NCBI GenBank assembly: GCA_965243525.1
Contig: OZ251568.1
Coordinates: 466,119-530,118 of the forward strand
Length of the DNA stretch: 64,000 bases
Source: Spirochaetia bacterium
Lineage (GTDB): Bacteria > Spirochaetota > Spirochaetia > WTKD01
Direction: 5' to 3'
The notes beneath the pieces were generated by a model. The model was given only the letters and a program-made list of their open reading frames with translations. It searched no databases and was not told the DNA's origin. Position 1 is the first letter of the stretch. Each line of letters starts with the position of its first letter. The translations under genes and the position numbers were made by a program. Shown in pieces: positions 46,992 to 57,104 of this stretch.

Positions 46992-47568
46992 ACTCACCCT
47001 GGTTTCAGCCTCTCCAGCGCGTAAACAGATATTGCAGCAACTTGGCCTAAATCCGGTTATCTTGCCGAGTTCTGTCGTTGAACACTCAGACGCAACAGAG
47101 CATGAAGACTATGTTTCACAGATTGCCTTACAGAAGCTTCAATCAGTCCTGCCACAACTCAAAACCCCCTATGCCCTGAGTGCAGATACCATCGTTTGTG
47201 TAGATTCCTTGCGCCTTGGAAAACCGCGTGATGCTGCAGATGCAAAAGAGATGATCACATGCCTGCAGGGGCGCATGCATAGAATTTATAGTGGTATTTG
47301 TTTTTATGCAGTGCAGAACAAGACTATCTTGCAGGCAGTTGATTCTGCAGAACTACGTTTTTCTCGTCTTAGAACAGCAGAAATTGACAGATACATCGCT
47401 CAAAATTCTTGGCAAGGTGCGGCGGGCGCATATAAACTCCAAGACGACGCTCTGGTATTGATAGAATCCCTCCATGGAGCACCAAGCACGGTCCTTGGCT
47501 TGCCTGTTCACACATTAGCAGCTATACTAGACAGGTACATACGTACAAACAAAATCTCACACTTGTGA
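46966..47568 (+). CDS. maf: Maf-like nucleoside-triphosphate pyrophosphatase.
   Basis: LTLVSASPARKQILQQLGL...LSADTIVCVDSLRLGKPRDAADAKEMI..LQGRMHRIYSGICF. The start was placed at the internal ATG (46966) rather than the long ORF-track start 46771, to give a canonical Maf N-terminus. Confidence 0.7.
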   Translation: MQMLQLKNKLTLVSASPARKQILQQLGLNPVILPSSVVEHSDATEHEDYVSQIALQKLQSVLPQLKTPYALSADTIVCVDSLRLGKPRDAADAKEMITCLQGRMHRIYSGICFYAVQNKTILQAVDSAELRFSRLRTAEIDRYIAQNSWQGAAGAYKLQDDALVLIESLHGAPSTVLGLPVHTLAAILDRYIRTNKISHL

Positions 47569-47587
47569 TATCAACTGGAGGATAACA

Positions 47588-48496
47588 TTGGCTGTTGTTT
47601 CAATGCAAAGCTTATTAGAAGCCGGTGCACATTTTGGCCATCAAGCAAAGCGATGGCACCCCGCTATGAAACCATACATCTTCACTGAAAGAAATGGTAT
47701 TCATATTATCAATTTACAGAAGACCATACCGCTCATTCGTGATGCGTTTTCTGCGGTACGATCTGTCGTACTTGAACGTAAACAGGTTCTGTTTGTAGGA
47801 ACAAAAAAGCAAGCACAGACCGCCATGGAGCGAGAGGCTACAAAATGTAGTATGCTCTACGTCAACCACCGCTGGCTCGGTGGTATGCTTACCAATTTTT
47901 CTACAATAAAACAATCAATCCATAGACTAAAAAAATATGAAAAACTTGAGGTCGATGGAACGCTTGAGTCATTAAGCAGCAAGGAATTATCGCGTATTTC
48001 AAAAAAGCGACAGATTCTTGAACGAAACCTTGGCGGCATCAAGGAAATGCGCGAATTACCCGGGATTGTCTATATCGTTGATCCTGATCGTGAATCAATA
48101 GCCGTGTCAGAAGCACGAAAATTGAAAATTCCTATTGTTGCGATTACCGATACCAACTGTGATCCGCGACTCATTGATTATCCTTTGCCAGGAAACGATG
48201 ATGCTATTCGCTCGATTTCTTTGTTCACGCAAATTATTTCGCAGGCAGTCATCGATGCAGACAATGAAATGGGTCTTGAGGTCATCGAAACATTGCAAGA
48301 TGAAAACGTAGACTACGATACTATTCAAGACAAAGATAGCGAACGCTATATCGATGAATACTACGAAGAAGAAGCCTTGTTCGATAAGGATACATCTGGC
48401 ACCGAATCCGGTGAAACACCAAACGATTCGAAAGAGCCAGAAATTGGATCAGAGGAACGACAGTATATAGATGAAACAGGAGATGAAAACCAATAA
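47588..48496 (+). CDS. rpsB: 30S ribosomal protein S2 with an acidic C-terminal extension of about 50 aa.
   Basis: VSMQSLLEAGAHFGHQAKRWHPAMKPYIF..RNGIHIINLQKT...LFVGTKKQAQ... Tail DENVDYDTIQDKDSERYIDEYYEEEALFDKD... Confidence 0.9.
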   Translation: MAVVSMQSLLEAGAHFGHQAKRWHPAMKPYIFTERNGIHIINLQKTIPLIRDAFSAVRSVVLERKQVLFVGTKKQAQTAMEREATKCSMLYVNHRWLGGMLTNFSTIKQSIHRLKKYEKLEVDGTLESLSSKELSRISKKRQILERNLGGIKEMRELPGIVYIVDPDRESIAVSEARKLKIPIVAITDTNCDPRLIDYPLPGNDDAIRSISLFTQIISQAVIDADNEMGLEVIETLQDENVDYDTIQDKDSERYIDEYYEEEALFDKDTSGTESGETPNDSKEPEIGSEERQYIDETGDENQ

Positions 48497-49335
48497 TGGG
48501 TATCACAAGTTCTGACATAAAAACATTACGAGAAATGACGAACGCAGGGATGATGGACTGCAAAAAAGCCCTGGTTGATGCCAATGGCGATCTGCAAGAG
48601 GCACAAAAACTGCTAAAGGAACGAGGCATCATTGCTGCTTCAAAACGAAGTGGAAGATCAACAAACGAGGGACGCATCGCATGCACAAAAACCGATGCTG
48701 CTGCTGCCATTTTGGAACTTGGTTGTGAAACTGATTTTGTTGCTCGCAACGAGACCTTCGTGCAACTTGCACAGAAGTTGGCAGAAAAACTCCTCGATGC
48801 ATCAGTCGGTGAGACTGAGCTTCAGCAGATTATCTTGGAAACTTCAAGCACTATCAAGGAGAACATCCAAATACACAGAAAACAGATCGTTGCTATCCAA
48901 GAAGATGAATATGTTTCCACCTATCTGCATGGTGAAACCGCAAATGCAGGAGCATTGATCAAGTTACGCGTTGGTGATGCATCGAAGCGTTCTGACGTTT
49001 TAATACAGACGCTTGCCCACGATATTGCATTGCATGCAACCGCTTTTCAACCTCCTTTCTTGTCTCCAAAAACCGTTCCAGAATCCTATCTCACCGAGCA
49101 AAAAGAGATCATCACTGTGCAAATCAAAAACATGGGAAAGCCTGAGGCAGTTGCTCAAAAAATTGCAGAAGGAAAGCTCGGTAAGCATTTCAAAGAAGTC
49201 TGCTTAACTGAGCAAGCCTTTGTAAAGAACGATAAGATAAGCGTCGCTCAGCATATCGCTGAGGTGTCAAAGCAATTAGGGGCATCCATAACCTTGGAGA
49301 CCGCTATTGTGTACAAGGTGGGAACAATGCTATGA
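48496..49335 (+). CDS. tsf: Elongation factor Ts.
   Basis: ITSSDIKTLREMTNAGMMDCKKALVDANGDLQEAQKLLKERG. Confidence 0.9.
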   Translation: MGITSSDIKTLREMTNAGMMDCKKALVDANGDLQEAQKLLKERGIIAASKRSGRSTNEGRIACTKTDAAAAILELGCETDFVARNETFVQLAQKLAEKLLDASVGETELQQIILETSSTIKENIQIHRKQIVAIQEDEYVSTYLHGETANAGALIKLRVGDASKRSDVLIQTLAHDIALHATAFQPPFLSPKTVPESYLTEQKEIITVQIKNMGKPEAVAQKIAEGKLGKHFKEVCLTEQAFVKNDKISVAQHIAEVSKQLGASITLETAIVYKVGTML

Positions 49336-49883
49336 GTGTTATTGCCGATGTAAAGCAGAAAATGCAAAAATCTGTTCAAAAATTGGAAGATCTGTATAAG
49401 AAATTGAGGAGTAGCGGTGCTTCAACTGCGCTCCTTGATGATATCAAGGTCAATTGCTATGGATCTAGCATGCCTTTGAATCAACTTGCACGTTTGAGCA
49501 TACCAGAAGCAAATACCATTGTCGTTCAACCATGGGATAAGGAAAACCTTGTCCCTATAGAAAAGGCAATTCAGCAATCCTCGTTGTCCTTGAATCCCAA
49601 CAATGATGGCAAGGTTATTCGGATTTTCATTCCTCCACTCAGCAACGAACGTAGAAAGGAACTGGTGAAAGAAGCAAAAGGACTCGCTGAAGAAGCACGC
49701 ATTGCAGTTCGAAACATCAGGCGTTCATCTATCGATGTTGTGGACACCCAGAAAAAAGACTCCGAAATCAGTGAAGACGAACAAAAGAAACTCCATACTA
49801 CCATCCAGGAACAAACCGATGCCTTCATCACCAAGGTGAACACGGTGTATGAACAGAAAGAAAAAGAGATCCTAGAAATATAG
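49332..49883 (+). CDS. frr: Ribosome recycling factor.
   Basis: KMQKSVQKLEDLYKKLRSSGASTALLDDIKVNCYGSSMPLNQLARLSIPEANTIVVQPWD. Confidence 0.9.
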   Translation: MSVIADVKQKMQKSVQKLEDLYKKLRSSGASTALLDDIKVNCYGSSMPLNQLARLSIPEANTIVVQPWDKENLVPIEKAIQQSSLSLNPNNDGKVIRIFIPPLSNERRKELVKEAKGLAEEARIAVRNIRRSSIDVVDTQKKDSEISEDEQKKLHTTIQEQTDAFITKVNTVYEQKEKEILEI

Positions 49884-50572
49884 TGCCTGACCAAAAACAT
49901 CTCCCACAACATGTAGGGATTATCATGGATGGAAATGGTCGATGGGCAATAGCGAAAAAACTTTCTCGTCTCAAGGGGCATTCCAAGGGAGTGCAAACAG
50001 CAAAGGATATCTGCCTTGCTGCAATCCAAGCAGGAATCAAGCATCTCACCTTGTATACATTCTCAACAGAGAACTGGAATCGATCTCCTGAGGAGGTTGA
50101 ACACTTAATGGAACTCCTTGCTTGGCGATTACGTAGCGAGTATACCTTTTTTCAGGAAAACAAGATTCGTGTTTCACATATTGGGAACAAGGAGCAACTC
50201 CCCAAAAAAGTGCAACGTGAAATTGACTACGTGACCAAAGAAAGTCGTGCAAACAATGCCATCCATGTCCAACTCGCTGTTAATTACGGCGGTCAAGATG
50301 AAATTGTACGTGCAGTGAACCTTTTGCTATCCCAAAACCACACAAAGATAACCACCGATCTCATTGAACAGGCGCTTGATAGCACGCACCTCCCTCCCGT
50401 TGATTTGATCATACGCACCGGTAATCAATACCGCATCAGCAATTTTCTGCTCTGGCACGCAGCCTATGCTGAACTATATTTTTCTGAGAAACTATGGCCG
50501 GACTGGACAGAACAAGATTTTCTTGATGCACTTAAGACGTATGCACAGCGAACTAGGACGTTTGGATTTTAG
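49883..50572 (+). CDS. uppS: Undecaprenyl diphosphate synthase.
   Basis: HVGIIMDGNGRWA and TLYTFSTENWNRSPEEV, DLIIRTGNQYRISNFLLWHAAYAELYF. Confidence 0.9.
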   Translation: MPDQKHLPQHVGIIMDGNGRWAIAKKLSRLKGHSKGVQTAKDICLAAIQAGIKHLTLYTFSTENWNRSPEEVEHLMELLAWRLRSEYTFFQENKIRVSHIGNKEQLPKKVQREIDYVTKESRANNAIHVQLAVNYGGQDEIVRAVNLLLSQNHTKITTDLIEQALDSTHLPPVDLIIRTGNQYRISNFLLWHAAYAELYFSEKLWPDWTEQDFLDALKTYAQRTRTFGF

Positions 50573-50575
50573 ATT

Positions 50576-51424
50576 ATGAGATTTAATGTAAAGCGATATC
50601 TGACTTTTTTTATTGGATTGCCCATAATTCTTTGCGTGTTGATATTTGAAGCATTGCATGGGGTGTTTATCGGGATGGTCCTCGTCACCACTGTTATTGC
50701 AGGATTCGAGGTGAAGTCCTTCTTTACGCGCAATACCACTGTGAAATTCATAAAGAGTGTTGAACTTGTCGTCTTGTCGTCCTGTTTTCCTGTTCTTGCC
50801 ACGCTGAACATATTCATAGATTTTCAACAACACACTTATTTGCTCATTCTTACGGGAATGTTCATGTACCTCTGTGTACGTTCCATCCTCAATTTTCGAG
50901 ACTCTCCAAGCACTACCACACTCTATTCACTGGCAAGTCGCCTCTTGGTTTTGATATATCCAGGACTTTTCTCGTATTTCTTGATTGCCTTGACAACCAT
51001 TCCAAATGCAGGTGCACAACTGACGGTCTTCGTGCTCGCAGTCTATGGTGGCGATGGATTAGCCTATCTTATTGGAAAACTAAGCAAACGTTACACCAAA
51101 AATACTGCTCCCTTTATTTCAGTAAGTCCCCGAAAAACCATTGCTGGTTTCATTGCAGCTATTGTTGGAGGAATGATTGTCTATAGCATTGCCCCATTGA
51201 TTGTGCCAAACCAACTCTCTTTTTCTTCACTGTCAGGGTTACTCATAGGCGCGATTATTGGGTTTGGCGGCATCATCGGAGATCTCACAGAATCCTATCT
51301 CAAACGTATCGCAAAAAAGAAAAATTCCGGAGACCTGATCCCAGGAAGAGGTGGCATGCTCGACTCCTATGATTCTGTCAGTTTTGCTGCTCCGATTGCA
51401 TATTTCATCTTTACCATATTGTGA
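50576..51424 (+). CDS. cdsA: Phosphatidate cytidylyltransferase.
   Basis: Multi-TM protein with the C-terminal signature ISPRKTIAGFIAAIVGG...DLIPGRGGMLDSYDS. Confidence 0.8.
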   Translation: MRFNVKRYLTFFIGLPIILCVLIFEALHGVFIGMVLVTTVIAGFEVKSFFTRNTTVKFIKSVELVVLSSCFPVLATLNIFIDFQQHTYLLILTGMFMYLCVRSILNFRDSPSTTTLYSLASRLLVLIYPGLFSYFLIALTTIPNAGAQLTVFVLAVYGGDGLAYLIGKLSKRYTKNTAPFISVSPRKTIAGFIAAIVGGMIVYSIAPLIVPNQLSFSSLSGLLIGAIIGFGGIIGDLTESYLKRIAKKKNSGDLIPGRGGMLDSYDSVSFAAPIAYFIFTIL

Positions 51425-51436
51425 TAGACTAAGCAT

Positions 51437-52765
51437 ATGCTAAATATAGTAATTGGATTAATTGGTCTCGGCATCATAATCACTATTCATGAATTCGGAC
51501 ATTATATTTTTGCGCGCATATGCGGCGTAGAAGTTGAGGTGTTTTCAATTGGATTTGGACCAAAACTGATTTCCTGGCAGCTCGCAGGCACTGAGTTTCG
51601 CATTTCACTCATTCCCCTTGGGGGATATTGCCGAATGAAGGGAAGCAAGGAGTTTGCACAAGCCCTAGCAGAAAAAAAAGAATACCTTGAGACAGAAAAG
51701 GGAGCCTTCTACTGTGCACCATGGGGAAAACGCATCTGCATTCTGCTTGCTGGACCCTTTCTCAACATTGTCACTGCAATCTTACTCTATGCAGGGCTCT
51801 ATGCCATTGGGTATCCCATCGACACAGTACCAAACAAGATAATCATCGCAGATGATCACAATTCTAATCTCTCGCCTACCCCGGCTGCCCAAGCAGGACT
51901 TCAAACCGGAGATATCCTTATTACTCTGGACGGAACAACGATCAATTCTTTCTATGATATTCAAAACATTGTAACGTATTCCGCTGAAAAGGAATTAAGC
52001 TATACCGCACAGCGGGGAACTGATAGGATAACCGGCGTACTCACCCCTCAAACGATACAAGGCAGTGGACGAATAGGCGTGTACCCTTGGATTGAGCCCA
52101 TCGTAACCAATATCGACACCACTGGACCTGCTGCAATCGCAGGCCTGGAGGAAGGGGACAGGATCACCTCCGCAAACGGTGTTCCGGTGAATCATAGTCT
52201 TGACCTTTCAAACGTGATCGCTGCTATTGGGGGAACCCTCCCCCTACAAATAATGCGCAATGCACAAACCTATACTTTTGATATCCCTCTCGATTCTGAG
52301 AAGAACCTGGGGTTTGAGCTCCCCACTATTGTTGATACACGGAAATCTGAAAACATCTTGGTTGCTGGCCTCGATGCACTACGTACAACCATATCCTTCA
52401 TTGGACTGACCTTTCGTGGTATTGGTATGCTCTTTACTGGATCTCCACTGGAAGAAGTTATCTCAGGGCCAGGGCAGTTGATTTTTAGTATCGGGAGTAT
52501 TTCAACTAATGCAGGAGGAGGGTTTAGCTTTAGTCGCTTTGTGGAACTGATTGCAATTATCAGCATTGCAATTGCAATTATGAATCTCTTGCCGATTCCT
52601 GTCACCGATGGCGGGCAATTGCTCATTCCCATCATCGAGGCAATTCGTACAAAACCGCTGTCTTTACGGTTTCAGCAACGCTATCAAATGCTGGGTGTGG
52701 CTCTGATTTTCTTCATTCTTATCATAGCGCTCTGGCAAGATATTAGTTTTTTTAGGGGGCTATAA
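51437..52765 (+). CDS. rseP: RIP site-2 metalloprotease RseP.
   Basis: HEFGHYIFAR zinc motif, a PDZ domain (GLQTGDILITLDGTTI; GLEEGDRITSANG), and C-terminal LNLLPIPVTDGGQL. Confidence 0.85.
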   Translation: MLNIVIGLIGLGIIITIHEFGHYIFARICGVEVEVFSIGFGPKLISWQLAGTEFRISLIPLGGYCRMKGSKEFAQALAEKKEYLETEKGAFYCAPWGKRICILLAGPFLNIVTAILLYAGLYAIGYPIDTVPNKIIIADDHNSNLSPTPAAQAGLQTGDILITLDGTTINSFYDIQNIVTYSAEKELSYTAQRGTDRITGVLTPQTIQGSGRIGVYPWIEPIVTNIDTTGPAAIAGLEEGDRITSANGVPVNHSLDLSNVIAAIGGTLPLQIMRNAQTYTFDIPLDSEKNLGFELPTIVDTRKSENILVAGLDALRTTISFIGLTFRGIGMLFTGSPLEEVISGPGQLIFSIGSISTNAGGGFSFSRFVELIAIISIAIAIMNLLPIPVTDGGQLLIPIIEAIRTKPLSLRFQQRYQMLGVALIFFILIIALWQDISFFRGL

Positions 52766-52766
52766 T

Positions 52767-54674
52767 ATGTGTATGCGAATACTTTGGTATGCAGCGATCA
52801 TCACATCATGTTGCGCCTTGTTTGCACAGTTTACCACGGCGCATAGTGGAAAAATAAAGACAATCATCTCAAATGACACCATCACTGTAACAACCGGCGT
52901 CGATGGCATCGTAAAGATAACCGATGACAAGTTTCGCTCAGCTCGCGAATTATACGTTTCTGCAAATGCACTCGGAGATGTCGCCTTCCACCCCACTGAT
53001 CCCCTCATCGCGATAGAAACCCTAGGAACATCACAACAGCAAGTGATTGTCGTGTATAACACACAATCAAACACAAAACTCTATGAATTCAAAGCGCAAG
53101 ATGCTGAAACAATCAGCTATTTTTCGTTTTCACCTCAGGGACGATACCTTGTCATCGCGGGAAATGTCGGCGGAATACAGAGACTCCAAGCACGTTCCGG
53201 CATACCGATAAAGGAATACAAATCACCCTTATTCGCAGACTATTTTTTCATTGGGAAGAGCACAAAAAACATCCTCACCTATACCGCCGATACGGGAATA
53301 CTTGCCTATTATAATTTTCGTAATGGTTCCCAGGTGCAGACTTTTCAATCACAAAAGGGATTGCAATCTCTCACTGCTCTATCAACACGCTATCTATTGG
53401 GTATTCGTGAAGACAGAACCCTCCACCTGCTTGATTTATCAAATGGGATAAGCACCGAGCTTTATCGCTCTTCACAGAAGATACAAGCTTTTAGCATTGA
53501 TCTTCAAAACAACACCGTGTATATGATCGAACAACGAAACAATGCTCCCATGCTCACCGTATTATCTCTATCAAATACCCGGCAACCTCGCAGTTCCGTT
53601 ATTCCCTTTGATCCAACGGCAATCCACATCGACGCTAAACAGATCATCTATATCGCTGAATCAACAGGAAAAATCCATCAAGTTGACCCTGTTTCGCACC
53701 GTTTTTCTCTTCTCCTTGATCATCATCATATTCCCATTGAACGCTTTTCGTTTTCACAAAACAATGAACTTACGGCCCTCTGCAAGAACAACCTCATTTC
53801 AGTGCGATTTCGTTTAGAGGACAACACCATACGCCCGATGCAACTACGCTACACCACCGCTTCTCCAAACGACATCTATTTTTCACCAGATACTGCGTAT
53901 TCCTCCGCACTTAGTTCATATCCAGATTTCTTTACCCTCCCTTCCCTACCTATTGATGCGGCTGTACAAACGATTGAACAACTTGCGGTCTATTCTGATT
54001 TTTTCTTGTACCGGACGCAATCCGACGATATAATTCTTCAAGATCGTCAAAAGAACGAAGCAAGAGTGCAACTTTCCGTTCCTGGTGTAAATGATGTCAC
54101 GTATATTCCTGATAAAACATTGATTATCATTGCACAACCTGCAATCGGGATGTTTAACACTTCCTTGCTTGCCATTCACAGTGTCACGCAAGAAACGATC
54201 CCACTTAAGAGTAACCAATTCCTGACCTTTGATGTGCATTACAGCGAAAAAAACAACTTGCTTTACAGCCTTGGACTAGAACGTTCAGAAGACAACACAA
54301 TCCACACTTCTGTTGAAATACACGATGGAAATGCACTCCAATTTTACTGGAAGGGTGTAGAAGTCGATGAAGAGCATCTGGGAGCTTTTCTGGTCGAGAT
54401 CGACGATGTGGTAACAGTGGCTGGAATAGAAAATGCCAAAACGACCTGGTTTGACGAAACGACAATTTCACCCGAACTTTCAACAAAACTACGATATTAC
54501 AGCTCTGCCCGGGCCTCACAAGATTTAATCAGTGTATTACGAAAAGATGGAAGCATCACCGTTATGGACAAGGGTCATTCTGAACAGCTCATCACACTCT
54601 ATTGTAACAGCAAGGCATCCCGATGGGAGTTATGGTCCCAGCAAACGCGTTGGCATTATCCTTTTGGGCGATGA
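52767..54674 (+). CDS. Secreted beta-propeller-like protein of unknown function.
   Basis: Signal peptide AAIITSCCALFAQ. 635 aa with repeated beta-strand-rich segments of about 40-50 aa. It occupies the slot after rseP that holds bamA in many diderms. Confidence 0.4.
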   Translation: MCMRILWYAAIITSCCALFAQFTTAHSGKIKTIISNDTITVTTGVDGIVKITDDKFRSARELYVSANALGDVAFHPTDPLIAIETLGTSQQQVIVVYNTQSNTKLYEFKAQDAETISYFSFSPQGRYLVIAGNVGGIQRLQARSGIPIKEYKSPLFADYFFIGKSTKNILTYTADTGILAYYNFRNGSQVQTFQSQKGLQSLTALSTRYLLGIREDRTLHLLDLSNGISTELYRSSQKIQAFSIDLQNNTVYMIEQRNNAPMLTVLSLSNTRQPRSSVIPFDPTAIHIDAKQIIYIAESTGKIHQVDPVSHRFSLLLDHHHIPIERFSFSQNNELTALCKNNLISVRFRLEDNTIRPMQLRYTTASPNDIYFSPDTAYSSALSSYPDFFTLPSLPIDAAVQTIEQLAVYSDFFLYRTQSDDIILQDRQKNEARVQLSVPGVNDVTYIPDKTLIIIAQPAIGMFNTSLLAIHSVTQETIPLKSNQFLTFDVHYSEKNNLLYSLGLERSEDNTIHTSVEIHDGNALQFYWKGVEVDEEHLGAFLVEIDDVVTVAGIENAKTTWFDETTISPELSTKLRYYSSARASQDLISVLRKDGSITVMDKGHSEQLITLYCNSKASRWELWSQQTRWHYPFGR

Positions 54675-54710
54675 TCTGAGTGATCTGCCCATCGAAAGAC
54701 TCGGTCCTGT

Positions 54711-56063
54711 TTATACTGGAGAACTTGCCGTATGTGAAAACTCCGGCATATAGGATTCAAATGCTGTATACTGTGGGATAAACACAACTTGCAAGGAACC
54801 AACCGGACCGTTTCGCTGTTTTGCAACGATTAATTCGGTTTTAATTGCTTGAATCTGCGCTTCTGAATTCGTCGCTTCGCGTTCACGATGTAAGAAAATC
54901 ACTACATCAGCATCCTGTTCAATCGATCCTGATTCACGAATATTTGCCAAGACAGGCCGCTTTCCTTCGCTATCACGGGTCAGCTGTGATAATGCAATAA
55001 TAGGGATGTCAATCTCACGCGCTAATGCCTTCAAAGATCTAGACAGCTCAGCAATCTGTTCATATCGCGGAAGATCAATCTGCTCAGTGCCAATCAGCGA
55101 GATATAGTCGATGATTGCCATTTCTATACCGTGTTTACGTTTCATACGGCGTACTTGTGCACGAATATCAAGGAGTTTCATCCCTGGTTCATCAGCAATC
55201 CAGAGCGGTGCAGGATAAATTGTCTGTGCTGCGGTCTGTATCTGCTGCAATTCACGAAGGCTTAATCGGCCAGATCGAATCTTTTGTCCACTGACCCGAG
55301 ATTCCATCGACAATAGTCGTTGAATCAATGCATCACCTGACATCTCTAAGGAAAAAAATCCTATTGGGTGTTGATTTCGCACCGCCGTATGCATCGTAAT
55401 CGAAAGTGCCAAGGCGGTTTTTCCAACCGATGGCCTTGCTCCTATAACGATAAACTCAGCGTTCTGAAAGCCTCCCAACATGGTATCCATATCCTCAAAT
55501 CCAGAGGGAATTCCGGTAATGTTGGACTCTCCCCCCTCGTTCCGTCGCCCTTCGATTCTATTGTAGATATTGAAAACATCGTTTTGGATGCTCCGATAGC
55601 TCACTGCATATTTTCGTTCAGCAATATCAAAGACTTTTCGTTCTGCTTCTTCAAGAATACCGCTAGTCTCGTTGTGCTCGACATAGGATTCTTCAATTAT
55701 TTCTGTAGATATTTTTATCAAACGCCTACGCAAACTATGTTCACGAACAATTTCTGCATATTCCACAACATTAGCGCTCGATGGAACCGCTTCAGATAAA
55801 GAAAACAGGAAGGGCATCCCTCCAATTGCCTCTAGTTGATCAAGCTGTTTTAAGCGCTCGGCAAGGGTTACATAATCAATATTTGTTCGAGTTTTATCAA
55901 GATGGCATATTGCATCGTAGATATAGGCATGTTTTTTGCGATAGAAATCTTCGACCTGAAGCAGGGTAACAACTTCATCAATGGATTCTGGGTCGATGAG
56001 AATCGCTCCCAAGGTGGCAATTTCAGCTTCGTCATTATGTGGCTGTACACGAGACTGACTCAT
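54711..56063 (-). CDS. dnaB: Replicative DNA helicase DnaB.
   Basis: PHNDEAEIATLGAILIDPE..., Walker A GARPSVGKTALAL, and RecA-fold motifs IIALSQLTRDSE. Confidence 0.9.
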   Translation of the reverse strand: MSQSRVQPHNDEAEIATLGAILIDPESIDEVVTLLQVEDFYRKKHAYIYDAICHLDKTRTNIDYVTLAERLKQLDQLEAIGGMPFLFSLSEAVPSSANVVEYAEIVREHSLRRRLIKISTEIIEESYVEHNETSGILEEAERKVFDIAERKYAVSYRSIQNDVFNIYNRIEGRRNEGGESNITGIPSGFEDMDTMLGGFQNAEFIVIGARPSVGKTALALSITMHTAVRNQHPIGFFSLEMSGDALIQRLLSMESRVSGQKIRSGRLSLRELQQIQTAAQTIYPAPLWIADEPGMKLLDIRAQVRRMKRKHGIEMAIIDYISLIGTEQIDLPRYEQIAELSRSLKALAREIDIPIIALSQLTRDSEGKRPVLANIRESGSIEQDADVVIFLHREREATNSEAQIQAIKTELIVAKQRNGPVGSLQVVFIPQYTAFESYMPEFSHTASSPV

Positions 56064-56078
56064 CTAAAAAATAAATAC

Positions 56079-57104
56079 TTAGGCTGAGGGATCATTCTCA
56101 GGAGTTTCTGCATCCCTTGATTCCTCTGTCTGTGCTGTCGTCTCTTGCTCAGCAGCGGCGTTCTCCACTTCTGAAACCTGCTCAGAAATCACAGCTACCT
56201 CTTCTTCCGCAGTTGCCGTTTCTTGCTCAGCGGCGGTGTTCTCCACTTCTGAAACCTGCTCAGAAATCTCAGCTGTCTCTTCTTCCACAGTTGCCGTTTC
56301 TTGCTCAGCGACGGTGTTCTCTACCTCTGAAACCGGTTCAGAAATCTCAGCTGCCTCTTCTTCCACAGTTGCCGTTTCTTGCTCAGCGGCGGCGCTTTCT
56401 ACTTCTGCAGTCTGTTCAGAAATCTCAGCTGCCTCTTCTTCCACAGTTGCCGTTTCTTGCTCAGCGGCGGCGCTTTCTACTTCTGCAGTCTGTTCAGAAA
56501 TCTCAGCTGCCTCTTCTTCCGCAGTTGCCGTTTCTTGCTCAGCGGCGGTGTTCTCCACTTCTGTGGTCTGTTCAGAAATCTCAGCTGCTGCTGCTTCCGC
56601 AGCTACTGTCTCTGCATCCAATAATTCAACTGTTTCACGAGCATGTTCATCAGAGACAGGAAGAACTTCTACTGGGATAGTAACCGAAATATCTGCATAA
56701 AGATTGATTTTTGCTGAATACGTTCCCACTTGTCGAATGGAATACTGCTCAAGGTGAATGTTTTTTCTATCAACTTGAATATTTTCAGCTTCCAATGCTT
56801 GGAGAACATTGGCACTGGTTATTGAACCAAACAATTTTCCTGTCTCAGCAGCGCGCACATAAGCCCGAAACAAGGTGCCATTCAATCGCTCTTGAATCGA
56901 CTGCATCGCAACTACTTTTTCTTTTTTACGTTGCTCAATGGCGGAAGTGCGGCTAGCCATCATAGAACGAGTAGTGTTGTTATACGGCAAAGCAAACCGC
57001 TGTGGGAGAAGATAATTACGAGCATATCCGCTTTTAACGGTATGCACATCGCCTTCCTCGCCAAGATTTGGTACGTCCTGTATCAGGATAATTTTTACAC
57101 TCAT
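56079..57104 (-). CDS. rplI: 50S ribosomal protein L9 with an acidic tandem-repeat C-terminal extension of about 190 aa.
   Basis: MSVKIILIQDVPNLGEEGDVHTVKSGYARNYLLP...LGSITSANVLQALEAENIQVDRKNI is the L9 core (about 150 aa). It is followed by 26-aa repeats (EISEQTAEVESAAAEQETATVEEEAA) x about 6. Confidence 0.8.
   Translation of the reverse strand: MSVKIILIQDVPNLGEEGDVHTVKSGYARNYLLPQRFALPYNNTTRSMMASRTSAIEQRKKEKVVAMQSIQERLNGTLFRAYVRAAETGKLFGSITSANVLQALEAENIQVDRKNIHLEQYSIRQVGTYSAKINLYADISVTIPVEVLPVSDEHARETVELLDAETVAAEAAAAEISEQTTEVENTAAEQETATAEEEAAEISEQTAEVESAAAEQETATVEEEAAEISEQTAEVESAAAEQETATVEEEAAEISEPVSEVENTVAEQETATVEEETAEISEQVSEVENTAAEQETATAEEEVAVISEQVSEVENAAAEQETTAQTEESRDAETPENDPSA
56140..56615. 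repeat. Tandem 78-bp repeat, about 6 copies, two of which are identical. It is the coding part of the rplI tail.
   Basis: The motif cttgctcag recurs at 56145, 56223, 56301, 56379, 56457 and 56535. Units 56379-56456 and 56457-56534 appear identical. Confidence 0.85.

Noticed and set aside
56140-56615. Regularly spaced 78-bp repeats; CRISPR array considered.
   Set aside because: The units are contiguous with no unique spacers, lie inside a coding frame, and encode a periodic acidic peptide. No cas genes are present.
56117-56700. Several long plus-strand ORFs (187, 154 and 81 aa) rich in Q/L/P/S, antisense to the rplI repeat region.
   Set aside because: They are frame artefacts of the 78-bp tandem repeat. 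The sense-strand L9 core gives the only credible coding frame.
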